Position numbers and translations under genes: made by a program. From the NCBI GenBank assembly GCA_030390025.1, contig CM059432.1:23066001-23130000 (forward strand): a DNA stretch of 64,000 nt, in the 5' to 3' direction. The notes below the pieces were generated by a model. It was not told where the DNA came from and did no database searches. It worked only from the letters and a program-made list of their open reading frames with translations. This DNA comes from Squalus acanthias. Taxonomy: Eukaryota. Within the stretch, counting starts at the first letter, position 1; the number at the start of each line of letters is the position of its first letter. Shown here in pieces: positions 50,339 to 63,109 of the stretch.

Positions 50339-53139
50339 GTAGGCACAAAGCATCACAATACCCTGAATTGCACTTTAACCATCCAAATATCCTTGATAGT
50401 AAATTTCTTGAAGTATAAATAGTTTATAACAGTTGGGTTGGGTGTAGGATAATAGCAGCGGACAGTGAGTAAAAATACAGTAATTCTGTTGAGCAATTCT
50501 AATGTCATCAAAAACCACCAGCTTGAGTTACTGCCCTAAACTCACTGCCAGACATTTGTTGTTCTTTATAATGTATTGTCCATAATTTTTATTTTTTTTA
50601 AGTATTTATCTTTGTAGTAAACATGATGAGGCTAGTGAAAGGAATGTGAAAATGTGAAAGGTTATAACATGAACTGAAAGTATACTAATTGTCTTAACCG
50701 GTGCTATTGTACAACTGCTCATCTGCCTCAGCCTCCTCCAAAACTCTTCCCTCCCCGACCACCTCCAGCGCACCTCCAGCTCAACTCTGGCCTCATAACA
50801 CTCTATTAGTCTCCCCTTAGGTCTTACCAGACTTATCTCTTCCATAAGATCCACTTCCTTGACCATATCCCAACTCAGGAATTTAGGAATAAAGAAAGTT
50901 TGTGTTTAACAATAAATCAGCATTAATTGTGCCTGTGGGGTCAGTCGTATGAAATGATCACAACAAATCAGCTCATGACCATTCAACTACCCCTCCTTGG
51001 CCCAATGTTGCGTGACATCGTCAGCTACTCCATCTCTTCTGGCACTGTTTTGCCTCTCCCTTTCAAAACTATTATAATCACCCCACTCCTTAAAAAGCCC
51101 ACACTTGAATCCTCTGTCCTCTTCATTTACTGCCCCATCTACAATCTCTCCTTTCTCTCTAATGTTCTGGAGTATGTCATCACACCAAACTCTGTATCTA
51201 CCTCTTTCACCACTAAGTGCTGAGAACTCTTTTGGCTTTTGTCCCACCTGGTTAACATCACCAATAACATGTGACCACTATGCATTATCTATCCTTGTCA
51301 TTAACTTCTCGGCAACTTTTGAAATGACTGATGACACGATCCTTCTCCAATACCTCTCCTCAATGGTCCACATTAATAGCACTGCCCTCAAGTGGTTCCA
51401 TTGATACTTGTTGCAAAGCAGGCAGTACATCTCCTGTATTGGCTTTTGCCCCCATACCTGTACAGTCACCTTGGTCTACTATGCATTTCCTCCACTCTAT
51501 CATTTAGCCAGCTTGCCACCACACTTTGGAAGTACTTCGTTAAATCCCTCTGCCTTGCTATATCTCTCCCCACCATCAAAATGCTCCCTGAAACCTAACT
51601 CTTCACCAACAACTTCAATTACCAGCCCTAATTGCCCTACTGCTCCTGCTTGAGTCTCAACTCCCAATTAGAACATTAAGGTGTTATATAAACATAGGTT
51701 GTTGTTGCTGTTACAAGAGGAGCGTTGTAAGTTAATTTATCACTTTTCTTTATTTTTCTCTCCTGTCATCTCTGCGGCTGTTCTCTGGCTGAGAGGATGA
51801 TCGGGAGACTCACTCTCGTGCCTGCAACAATCCAGCTGTTCAGCTAGCTGCGAGGAAGTGCTTAAGCAGGCTGGGAGTGACTAGTTTGCTAGTTTTACCT
51901 CCCTCCTTATAATGAGTTCCCCAGTATGGGCTTAGCTCCTTCCTACAATGACATAGATGAACCCTAACCTTTGCAGATGTTTGGAACTCTTTCCCTTGTA
52001 CATAAGAACATAATGGAATTTGATCCATTAAGCATATCCATTTAGAACTCTAATGCTTCCAACCGAACCTCCAACTACATTTTAAATGGCTCTAATGCCT
52101 TTGTCTCTACTACCTTGCACGGCAGATTATTCCAAATATCTATTATTATTTGAGCAATTTACTTCTCACTAAATTAATTTTGTGTTCTTTGATCCTACCA
52201 GCCTAATTTGCTTTAATGCTAATCGTGTTTGCCTTGCCAATATCATTTAATCTCTTCTATACCTGTTCGGCTTCTCAATAGACTTTAGAACTTCTCAAAT
52301 ATTGCCTTTTGCACAAAGTTCAAATGCAGAGACAATTGAAAAGTATAAATAGACTTAAAGGATTTGTGAGAAGAATCTACAGGGACAGACTGAGACCTTG
52401 GTTGGCGCTATTCTATATCAGGCAGTAATCTTACCAACTGAGCCAACAAGAGAGTGGGGAGCACCAGAGCCATGTTTTTAAATTGCTGCTTGCTCAACAT
52501 GGTTACATTTTGCTTTGCCTCCTTTCAGTACTTTCAGCCTCTTTCCTTCATGTTGTTTTTTTAATTTAAAACCATGCTGATTAAGACCATTTCACAAAGG
52601 GCCAATATTCGAGGAAGAGGTGGGTGAATGAGGAGGATGCAGGGATTGAAATATTATGGGAAGAAAATGTCATTTCTCGGCAGAGAACAGAGGGCTCATT
52701 CACTAGCAGACAGCACAGTGTAAGTGGGGAATAAAGAAAGTTTGTGTTTAACAACAAATCAGCGTTAAATTGTGCCTGTGAGGTCAGTCGTATCAAATGA
52801 TGGCACAACAAAAGTTGTTGAAATGCTAGTCAGCAAACTGACACCTTTATACGAAGCAAGTTTCGGGGAAGTTTGGTTGATTTGTAATAGCAAATGCCAC
52901 TGAAAGTGCTGTGACAGGACTAATGTACCCAATGTTACTCAAACTGATAACTGGAAACTCACTTGTCCTAATTTGCTTTAACGTTGCAGTGGCTGTGAAT
53001 ATTGCAACTTTTGTTTATCAGTTAAAGCATTGCAAAAATGAACCTACACATAGGTGAAATTCTCATAACAAGAAAGCTGTAAAATGAATGACTCACTAAT
53101 GGAATACTATCTGAGGACAGAGTTTTGAGGAAAGACCTG

Positions 53140-55498
53140 GGCCGAGAAATTGGAGCACGCAGCGCCAGTTTTTCAGACGTAAAACAGGCACTGGAGGGTC
53201 CAATATGGTGTTGCACATTTTGCACCATATGCCACATTGGTTAGTGTGCCCTGTAGTCATCCAGGGTATCTGCCCGAAACAGGCATTAGGCCCATTGCCT
53301 ATGTAAATCAGGGGCCTAATGTCTATTTCAAGCCTCTTCCCAAAAATGGCCACGATTTTCTCTACCTTGGTGGCAGGTCCCGGCCCTGCTCCTGTCTCCA
53401 TCCCAGCCTCCAACATGACTTTCCCCTGATGGGGTTTGTTAAGCCCGCCCTGTGAATTTCCTGGCCAATTGAAGGAAGCGGGTCTGATGACATAATTCGA
53501 TGACACGTCATCAGCTGGTTTCCTTAAAGGGACCATGCACAAATTTATTTTGACATTTGTGTTGTCAGTGTTCTACAGCATTGAGGTGCTGCAAACACTG
53601 ATAAGCACTGCACATGCTTATGGAGGGAGTCACAGCACAAAGGGCGGTTCTCTTCCCTTCCAATGGGTGGAAGACACCTCCCCAGGAGATCAACGCAGCC
53701 TGGTTGCACATTGCACAGGAGGGCACAAACAGGGATGTAGTCAGGAAGACCAGGCTGCAGTGGCACAAACCTTTCAACAATCTCAGTAAATCATGAAATG
53801 TTAGTGCAAAGTCACACTCAACCTCATCCTGTTGTGCCAAACATCACATTCCCATCACTCTGCCTTCCCTACCCCACTCCTGCACATCCTTACTCACCTT
53901 GCACTTCCACCCATCCCTCTCTATCTCCATTATCACATCCCCGTCTCACTAGCCACCCCTCACACTCACCCTCACCCTCATCCTAGTCCAACCATACCAA
54001 CTAACAACACACAAGGGTAGGCACTTGTGTGTCTTAGCCAATGTTCATGTGAAGTTTCTGTTAATGTGCTGTCAAACATTGAAATCTTTATTTTGAACAT
54101 TTTGCATTCTTGGACAGATTTGTGTACACCTTTGGAAGTGGCTTAGTGAGTTGCAGTGAATGGTGAGACATAATGGTACCCCCCGCAATGCTGATGACTA
54201 TGAAAGAAATGACTTGGGCATTGTAGGGATGCTTTATGGTGTTGGTGTGGGGTGGTGCCAACCTGGCGCATCATGTGGCAGCCAGGGTGTACAGCGTCAA
54301 GTGAAGTAAATCTGGCTATGGTGAGGCCATCCCTGGCATCCCGGGCAGCAATGTGGTCAGGTGCTGATGCCCTCTGTCCTGTGCAGCATCAGTTGATTGC
54401 AGAGAAGGTTGGTGTTGTTGGTGCTGCTGGTGTGCCTGGTGCTGCAGGTGTGCCTGGTGATGCTGGTGTTGGGGCTGATCATGGTGGGATTCTGAGGACC
54501 AAGGTGAGAGAGTATAAAGTGCACCGATGCTGATGGAAGAGATGGCCGATGAAGTAGGGCTGACAGAAGTGATCTGCCAATGGTGGGAGAGGTAATGAGT
54601 TCAGACTGGATGGAGACTTGTGTAAAGACTTGCAGCATTCTGAATCTGTAGTGGAAATGCAGTTTAGAGAAGCTAGTGGCTAAGGGAACATTTCTCAATC
54701 AGCTGGGAGCTTTGACTTGACATTTGAAGTTGTCAACTCATCAGCTGAATCAATGGCCAATGACCTCCCGCCTCAGCTTCACAGACAAAGTCTAGTCACC
54801 GCGGTAAACTGGTGGGCGACCTGTCAAATTCAAAAAGCTGGGAAAAAAGCATTAAGTGGCTGTAAGCAAGCCACTAATGATTTTCATTGCCTGCCCCGCC
54901 GCTGCCTATCGGGTCTGCTCGCGCTGACAGACCCGACATCGGGAAAGTCCAGTGTGCACGTTTTGACAGCGGGTTCCCGACCTGCTGTCAATCATTTTTA
55001 ATTTAACAGCTGATCCGCCACCCTACCCATCCACTGAACGCCGGCAAAATTCCGGCCCATGTGTCACGCGTGCTGCAGTCAGATTTCTCCGACGCACAGC
55101 AGCCAAACCAGAGATCTTTAAAGGGACTGCTAGAGGCTGCCACCAAAAATGTACGTACTCACCTTAAGAGCCAGAAGGAAAAGAAGGACTCTTTGTGGCT
55201 CCACATTAAAACTGCGGGCTGCTGTCAGTCACCACGCACCCCCATGCCAATCTCTCCCCCCACCCCCCCGACCCCAACCCCCTGGATTCACACGTGTTCC
55301 AGTGCCGCCGTTCCCGCTGGCCAATATGCAGCTACTCGACAAACTGACTCATAGGCGCAACAGTGGGACAGCATGCCGGTCGCGTCCTGATGAAGCCAGG
55401 GAACCAATTATGCGTGGTGCTTTTGCTCAGTTTGGCTCAGCGGTTCACATTTGACGCTGGATTTGTGCCCAAAATTGACGCAAACTAATCTCTAGTCC
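53140..55498 (+). mobile_element. MITE (relative of 10382-11030) interrupted by a nested decayed Harbinger
   Basis: 53140-53346 resembles 10382-10605 and 55060-55150 resembles 10620-10715; termini GGCCGAGAAATT / AATCTCTAGTCC; flanks CTG/CAG. Confidence 0.65.
53348..55057 (+). mobile_element. Decayed, internally deleted Harbinger of a second family
   Basis: Ends GGCCACGATTTT / AAAATTCCGGCC; Myb-like remnant MLMEGVTAQRAVLFP...AAWLHIA...RLQWHKPFNNL (53614-53796, +); transposase-like C-terminus AARDARDGLTIARF (about 54304-54358, -). Confidence 0.7.
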
Positions 55499-55976
55499 CA
55501 GGATAATTTGGCCGCCCGTTAAAGAAACCGCATGATATTCAGTTCCATTGCAATCAATGTAAATGAAAATCGGGCAGATAGCCAAGCTGTAGTATCAGTT
55601 TCATGCCCTGGTCGCAAGTTGAAAATCGCTCCCTATTTGTCTGCACATAGTTATGTACTGTGAGTTTCAAAGAAAACCAGACTGCTACTTTACGTAACCT
55701 GTATAAACTGGACAGTACAAGTGAAAAGGTGTGGATTAATGTGCCTCATTGATGGCTGCTGCGTAAGGGCAACAGGGAACAGTGGGGGAGTTGCAGAGAG
55801 ACAAGACAAATGCCTTGTTTCAACGGAAAGCCTGGGAAAGGATTCAAAAGCCGGGGGTTTTAATCAGGAAGCCAACCATTGCAAATGAATACTTTCTACC
55901 TTTCTGAACTTTATGTGGTAATTGCGAAGTGTCAGCCGTGGCCCAATTGGTAGCACTCTTGCCTTTGAGTCACAAG

Positions 55977-56343
55977 GGCCGCAATTTTTATTGCGGAGGC
56001 GGCTTGGAGTCGGGTTGCCTGGTGGGCGGGTTCCGGACCCGCTGCCAGCTGGATCAGCTCCGGTTTTGACATTTTTATTCAATTGCCTTGTTATGTTCAT
56101 TGGGGCGCGCTGGCCGGTCCATTGACTGGGATTGGGTCTGTTAGCCGCCTCTGATGACGTCATTATTGCAGATGCTTTTAATGGTCCCATGCAGCCTCAG
56201 CCTTTCAGTTCTTGATTCTGCTGGTTTGTGCATGTGTGAGAGAAAGAATGAGTGCTTCCAGAGGCAAGGCAGCTCCACGCTTCAATGAGGAGTCCCTCCA
56301 AGCTCTTGTTGAGTCAGTAAGAGGGCGCAGGGAGATTCTCTTC
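55977..56343 (+). mobile_element. Truncated Harbinger end with Myb-like 5' fragment (third family)
   Basis: GGCCGCAATTTT terminus; ATG 56248 gives MSASRGKAAPRFNEESLQALVESVRGRREILF, matching RERAQRFTERALDALVGAVERRRCILF; cut off by a LINE. Confidence 0.7.
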
Positions 56344-57468
56344 TTGAGAGTTGTTGGAGATGCACTCATCCAGGCAAGTGGAGAGTATTCCATCACACTC
56401 CTGACTTATGCCTTGTAGATGGTGGAAAGGCTTTGGGGAGTCAGGAGGTGAGACACTCGCTGCAGAATACCTAGCCTCTGACCTGCTCTTGTTGCCACAG
56501 CATTTTTGTGGCTGGTCCAGTTAAGTTTCTGGTCAATGGTGACCCCCAGGATGTTGATAGTGGGGGATTCGGTGATGGTAATACCGTTGAATGTCAAGGG
56601 GAGGTGGTTAGACTCTTGCTTGTTGGAGATAGTCATTGCCTGACACTTCTGTGGCGCGAATGTTACCTGCCACTTATCAGCCCAAGCCTGAACATCGTCC
56701 AGGTCTTGTTGCATGCGGGCATGGACTGCTTCATTATCTGAGGAGTTGTGAATGGCGCTGAACACTGTGCAGTCATCAGCGAACATCCCCATTTCTGACC
56801 TTATGTTGGAGGGAAGGTCATTGATGAAGCAGCTGAAGATGGTTGGGCCTAGAACACTACCCTGAGGAATTCCTGCAGCGATGTCCTGTGGCTGTGATGA
56901 TTGACCTTCAACCACCACAACCATCTTCCTTTGTGCTAGGTATGACTCCAGCCAGTGGAGCATTTTCCCCCTGATTCCCATTGACTTCAGTTTTACTGGG
57001 GCTCCTTGATGCCACACTCGGTCAAATGCTGTCTTGATGTCAAGGGCAGTCACTCTCACCTCACCTCTGGAATTCAGTTCCTTTGTCCATGTTTGGACCA
57101 AGGCTGTAATGAGGTCGGGAGCCAAGTGGTCTTGGCGGAACCCAAACTGGGTATCAGTGAGCAGATTATTGGTGAGTAATTGCCGCTTGATAGCACTGTC
57201 GATGACACCTTCCATCACTTTGCTGATGATTGAGAGTAGACTGATGGGGCGGTAATTGGCCGGGTTGGATTTGTCCTGCTTTTTGTGGACAGGACATACC
57301 TGGGCAGTTTTCCACATTGTCGGATAAATGCCAGTGTTGTAGCTGTACTGGAACAGCTTGGCTAGAGGCGCGGCTAGTTCTGGAGCACATGTCTTCAGCA
57401 CGATAGCCGGGATGTTGTCGGGACCCATAGCCTTTGCTGTATCCAGTGCGCTCAGCCGTTTCTTGATA
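56344..57468 (-). mobile_element. CR1-group LINE (family B) reverse-transcriptase fragment
   Basis: KAMGPDNIP, NYRPISLLS, QFGFR, AFDRVWH, PQGSVLGP, MFADD in a ~350-codon stop-free stretch; no endonuclease or 3' end. Confidence 0.92.
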
Positions 57469-57756
57469 TTCTGAGATTGTGAAAGCTCGATATAAATGCA
57501 AGTCTTCCTTTTTTTTCTAAGTGCACTGTCCACTGAGGGACTGAGCCATTGAAACCAGGAAGCTCCCAGCTTTGATCCCTCACAAAGGGTAAAATGAGCC
57601 AGAGTTACCATTCCTGAGGACTATCCCGTGACTTGAGTGAGGTTTTGCAATTAGCCTATCACTGTCGCCACTTCCTGTCTGGGCTCACCACTTTAAGCAT
57701 ATCTCCATGGGTGAGCTGTTGGAAAGCAACTGCTCTCCACGGAACCATAACCAAGC

Positions 57757-58216
57757 AAGAAAGAACTTGAATTTAAATCGCGCCTATCACAACCTCAGGA
57801 CGTCCCAAAGTGTTTTACAGCCAATGAAGTAGTTTTGAAATATAGTTACTGTTGTAATGTAGGAAACATGGCAGCCAATTTGCACACAGCAAAATCCCAC
57901 CAACAGCAGTGTGATAATGACCAGATAATCTGTTCATGGTGGTGTTGGTTGAGGGGCAAATGTAGGGCAGGAAACTGGGAGAACTGCCCTGCTCTTCTTC
58001 GAAAAGTACTATGGGATCTTTTGCGTCTACCTGAGAGAGCAGACGGGGCCCCGCTTTAACGTCTCATCCGAAAAAGGCAGTTCCGACAGTGCAGCACTCC
58101 CTCAGTACTGCACTGAAGTGCCAGCCTGGATTATATGCTCAAGTCTTTGGAGTGGGGCTTGAAGCCACAATCTTCTGACTCAGAGGCAAGAGTGCTACCA
58201 CTGAGCCATGGCTGAC
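57757..58216 (-). mobile_element. SacSINE1-like DeuSINE
   Basis: Colinear with 39051-39516. Confidence 0.75.
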
Positions 58217-59500
58217 AATGAGCAATTGTCAGCACCTTTAACAGAGCAGGAGAAATAATTGGAGGGCAAAGGAAATCATAAATATAATGACAGCACTAAT
58301 TTATTAAAGAGGTATTTCTTTTTAAAAACTAGTTACAGAGGTAGGCCTAGTGACACACTCTCGAGTCTAAGTCTGAAGGAAATCTTGTTCAGTTATAAAT
58401 TTCAGCATCTTTCTCACAGTGTCCCTTTAAGCCATCAGAATAAATGCAATGAAGAGACATCAGTTTATGCAAATAATTACTTTGTTTGCAGATTGCAGGT
58501 CATTACTGAGGCAGATTCCAGTGACATCCTCCTTGGTTTTCTCAATGTTGCCAGATCCAGTGATGCAGTAATGACCGGTCCAAATCAATGGGAGTTCATA
58601 CATCTTCCAGTCACTGAAAAAAAAGTCCCTATTGTACAAATTATAATTGGACAAAAAATCCCCTTTTATAACAAGGAAGACTTGTTATGGAGTAATTGAC
58701 ACTGATGGAAAATTTCAAGCACAACAGTTGAGCAGAGCAAAATTCTTGAATCAGGGCTCAGGAAGGTCAGTAGACAACTAGTTAAAGGGACATTTTTTGC
58801 CTGGTAATTCGTCTGACAAGATTGCTTTCACTCTTAATAAATGGAATGGTGAGAATGTGGAACATGCTACCACATGGAGTGGTTGAACTGAACACCATAG
58901 ATGCATTTAAGGAGAAGCTAGAAGAGGGAGAAAGGAATAGAAGGATATGTTGATAGAGTGAGATGAAGTAAGGTGGGAGGAGTCTCGTGTGGAGCACAAG
59001 CACCGCCATAGACCTATTGAGCTGAATGGCTTATTTCTGTGCTGTAAAATTCTATGTAATTCTATGTAATGTGAAGACTGTGACAATGTGAACCAAATGT
59101 TAACATCATTGTGGCCCTAATTAAATTTGGCATCATTTTATTTTGTTTCAAAATATTACAACAGAAATCCAGTTAGAAACTGAACGACCAGATTTTGCAC
59201 TACTTCTTGCCATGCCCAGCAACTAATTGGTCTTGGTACCCATCTACCATCGTAGGGAAAAGGACCACCTTTCTGTTGTTCACTTGCTCTCCCAGCATCT
59301 CCACGGCTGCATCCAAAAATCTTGGAGCCTTGCTGGAACTCATGCCACCTGCAGTCGCAGACAGCTTCCTGCAGTTCCATGGTGTTACTTCTGTATTTTT
59401 CCCACAAAAAATTCCCTTTAAGCAGCCAATTTCCCACCTCCTAATCAGCAAGCTGCCTATGGGGCTTGCTTTACGCGCTGGCAGCTCAACCATGCTAAAA

Positions 59501-60530
59501 GGAAGATGGTTGTTGTTGTTGGAGGTCAATCATCTCAGCCCCAGGAAACCGCTGCAGGCGTTCCTCAGGGCTGTGTCCTCGGCCCAACCATCTTCAGCTG
59601 CTTCATCAATGACCTTCCCTCCATCATAAGGTCAGAAGTGGGGATGTTCGCTGATGATTGCACAGTGTTCAGTTCCATTTGCAACTCCCCAGATAATGAA
59701 GCAGTCTATGCCACATGCAGCAAGACCTGGACGACATTCAGGCTTGGGCTGATAAGTGGCAAGTAACATTAGCACCACACAAGTGCCAGGCAATGACTGT
59801 CTCCAACAAGAGAGCGTTTGACTGCCGCCCCTTGACATTCAACGGCCGAATCCCCAACATCAACATCCTGTGGGTCACCATTGGCCAGAAACTTAACTGG
59901 ACCAGCCACATAAATACAGGAGCAGGTCAGAGGCTGGGTATTCTGCAGGCGAGTGTATCACCTCTTGACTCCCCAAAGCCTTTCCACCGTCTACAAGGCA
60001 CAAGTCAGGAGTGTGATGGAGTACTTGCCACTTGCCTGGATGAGCGCAGCTCCAACAACACTGAAGAAGCTCGACACCATCCAGGAAAAGTAGCCCGCTT
60101 GATTGACACCCCATCCACTACCTTAAACATTCACTCCCTCCACCACCAACAGACCGTGGCTGCAGTGTGTACCATCTACAAGATCTACTGCAGCAACTTG
60201 ACAAGGCTTCTTCGACAGCACCTCCCAAATCCATGACCTCTACCACCTAGAAGGACAAGGGCAGCAGGGGCATGGGAACACCACCACCTCCAAGTTCCCC
60301 TCCAAGTCACACACCATCCTGACTTGGAAATATATCGCTGTTCCTTCATCGCCGCTGGGTCAAAATCCTGGAACTCCCTCCCTAACAGCACTGTGGGAGT
60401 ACCTTCACCACACGGACTGCAGCGATTCAAGAAGGCGGCTCACCACCACCTATTCAAGGGCAATTAGGGATGGGCAATAAATGCTGACCTTGCGAGTGAT
60501 GCCCACATCCCAGGAACAAATAAAAAAAAT
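59501..60530 (+). mobile_element. LINE family B 3' fragment
   Basis: PQGCVLGPTIFSCFINDLP..MFADD, frameshifts, ending in gggcaataaatgctg and an A-rich tail. Confidence 0.9.
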
Positions 60531-63109
60531 GAGGGGCGACCCGGAAAATGGATTAGGTTCCACACTGACTCCTTCAGGCCGCCACTGCTCTAGCCCCACC
60601 AACCTCCATTTACTGCTGGGAGACCAAAATCACCCCATTGGACAGCATTCCTATTGGAAAACAGCATTTTCTCCCAACAATGCCGTTGTATAACATGACA
60701 TCACTGGTGAGAAATGGGAAATTTACTTGTTGAAAATGATAATTGTCCTTTTAAATCCAAAAAATATGGTGCTCTTGAAGTGTTTCCCAGTTTTTTTTTC
60801 CTTTCCCGACCATCCCATCCCCTGTACCATTCAATGATTGACAAGACTGGACAAGACATGGTTGCCAGTTTTTCCTGCCAGTGGTACTTTCCTTTTGCAA
60901 TGATTTTCTCTACTCCTTTCCTGAAGGATTTGACTCCTTGCTGGGGTATGCTTCTGCAGTATGGGTGCCCTCTGATGCCTCGACAATTGGCCATTATTCT
61001 ACACTGACCATGTCCAGTTGTTGCAGAGCAGCAATCTATAAATCTAACAGCTGCTGAGTTATGTTGTATAGGTCTGAGCCTATCATGCCGAAACTCTATA
61101 CTGCGCTGGTCACCTCGAATACTGTGTTTACGTCTGTCTACTGAGGCATAAGGAAAACATTCAAGACCTGGGAGCAGTGCACAAAAGAACCAAGAGGCTG
61201 ATCCCTAGTGTCAGAGGACTGTGTTATGAGGAATGGTCAGAAAACTCTTTAACCTTGAGAAGAGATCCTATGGAGGTATATAAGATACTAAGTGGAATGT
61301 AAACGGTTAATCTTGAACATCGTTTCAAGATAAACCATGACTTTGGAACAAGGAGATGTAGGTAACAACTGGAAAAAGCCAAGATCAGGACTGATGTCAG
61401 GAAACACTCATTCACACTACTCGCATGTAGAAAGATGTCACCACATTACACGGGGGAGAGAAGGATGTCAAGCATGACATGAGCAGGATTAAAGGAGGTA
61501 ACTGAGCGCGCAGTTGAAGAAGTAAGTTTTTAAATGACTTTGGAAGGAAGGTAGTTGGCAAAGCAAAGAGGTTTCGCAAGGGTGCCATCTTTATGCTGTG
61601 CACTCACAACCCTTGGAACCTAAGCTAAGACTGCCAGAAACTCATTTAACAGTCAGCAGAGAGAGAGGGAAAAGTTTCATGTCATCTACTTGGTCCGCAT
61701 TCAAACTCAGGTCCCAGATGTAAGACCATCACCCTGCTTCCTTTTCATGTACAGGAAACAAACCTCTAAATCCTCCAAATAATGAATTCAATTGAATTAC
61801 TCTTGACAGCAGCAAATTACAACAATTAACAACACCACACAACAGGCTGAACCTTTGCCTCCAATAAATCCCTGTAGAACATGAGTCGCCGTTATATTAT
61901 CTGTTGAATTTCTGGGAGGCACATCATTAACCCGTCACAAAAATCCCCATGTAATTCCAATGGTTTCTGGGCATGTCTCCACTCAAAGAGTTGAAATAGC
62001 ACTGCACCACTGTGTCGCATAAGAAGCCGTTGCTTCGCATTACACTGAAGAATTCAATTTGGTCACGAATTTTATGGAAATATAAAATCATCCCATAAAG
62101 ATTTACCGGGTTGCAGGGGACTGGGGAAGGAAGATTGAGCTGAGTCCACAGCTGTTGTCTTTCCTTCTGTTTAAAGAGACAGACAATCTTTTGGGAATAA
62201 ACAGGCTGGATCCTGGTTGCAGAAATGTGCTCAACATCACATTGTGTGTCCACTTTTGTGAAAAGGGATGAGTGATATTAAATGAGGAGATATTATTTGC
62301 GCAAAAAATGAATAAATTATTAGCTGCCAGAATGAAGGAAGTGCAACAAAAACTTGCTCGAAGCTTAAAACAAAAATGGGACACTTTACGATCAGCCTCA
62401 AAACAGACTGAATGTACTGGCACATTGTAGGAAGTGAGTCCGCCCACATTGCTGCTTAACTCAGCACATGGAGCATTATACAACTCTGCACAAGAGCTGC
62501 TAAAATGTTACCACTCCAACGCTCTAGATTTTGAAACAAGGGTCATATCTGAGGGTAAACCAACATTATCAGTTGAATTACTGAGTCCATGTTTGATGCC
62601 TGTCGCAATGGCGGCAGACCATTGCTGGGACAGGACATCCAGATGCCCCATGGGTGCACCCCTAATTACGGCCAATTTTCCGGGGTCAGGTGATATTTAA
62701 ATATTTTGGATGAGTGACAGGACCATTTTTGACATGGCTTGGGCCCCTGCCTCAGGTGAGTGGGGAGGATAATTGCTGCTGGACCTACTACTCTGTTCAG
62801 TCATACATTATCTGCAAAGTCAACTAGCTTCATAATTGTTTGTCACTGGCTTCGTCTCAGTAAACTATTGAGCGATCTGCCTGTCAGAAGACAGGAGAAG
62901 CGCATGCGGTGGGACAACTGTGAGATTACAGTATCCTGTTCATTTAAATGTCATTTACGTCATTTCACATGACGTAGAGTCATCCAGACTCGAGTCGTCG
63001 TTGGCTTGTTCACAGATGTGATTTCCAGTAAAAAAAAAAGTAAAAAGTTTAAAGTTTATGGTTTTCCATACAGACTGCATTTGACACATTAGACCCCCTG
63101 TGACCCCAC

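Noticed and set aside
54252..54533. GAAGVPGAAGVPGDAGVG as a collagen exon
   Set aside because: No fitting splice sites; antisense of the Gln/His-rich stretch in a decayed Harbinger
56406..57611. 401-aa ORF as a host RT gene or active LINE
   Set aside because: Its first ~45 codons come from SINE tail and flank; no endonuclease or 3' end, so it is a LINE fragment
58259..58699. 146-aa ORF with a possible acceptor at 58498
   Set aside because: No recognisable domain or Gly-X-Y; cannot be supported without RNA data
61927..62483. Overlapping minus-strand ORFs in non-repetitive sequence
   Set aside because: No recognisable homology or exon structure
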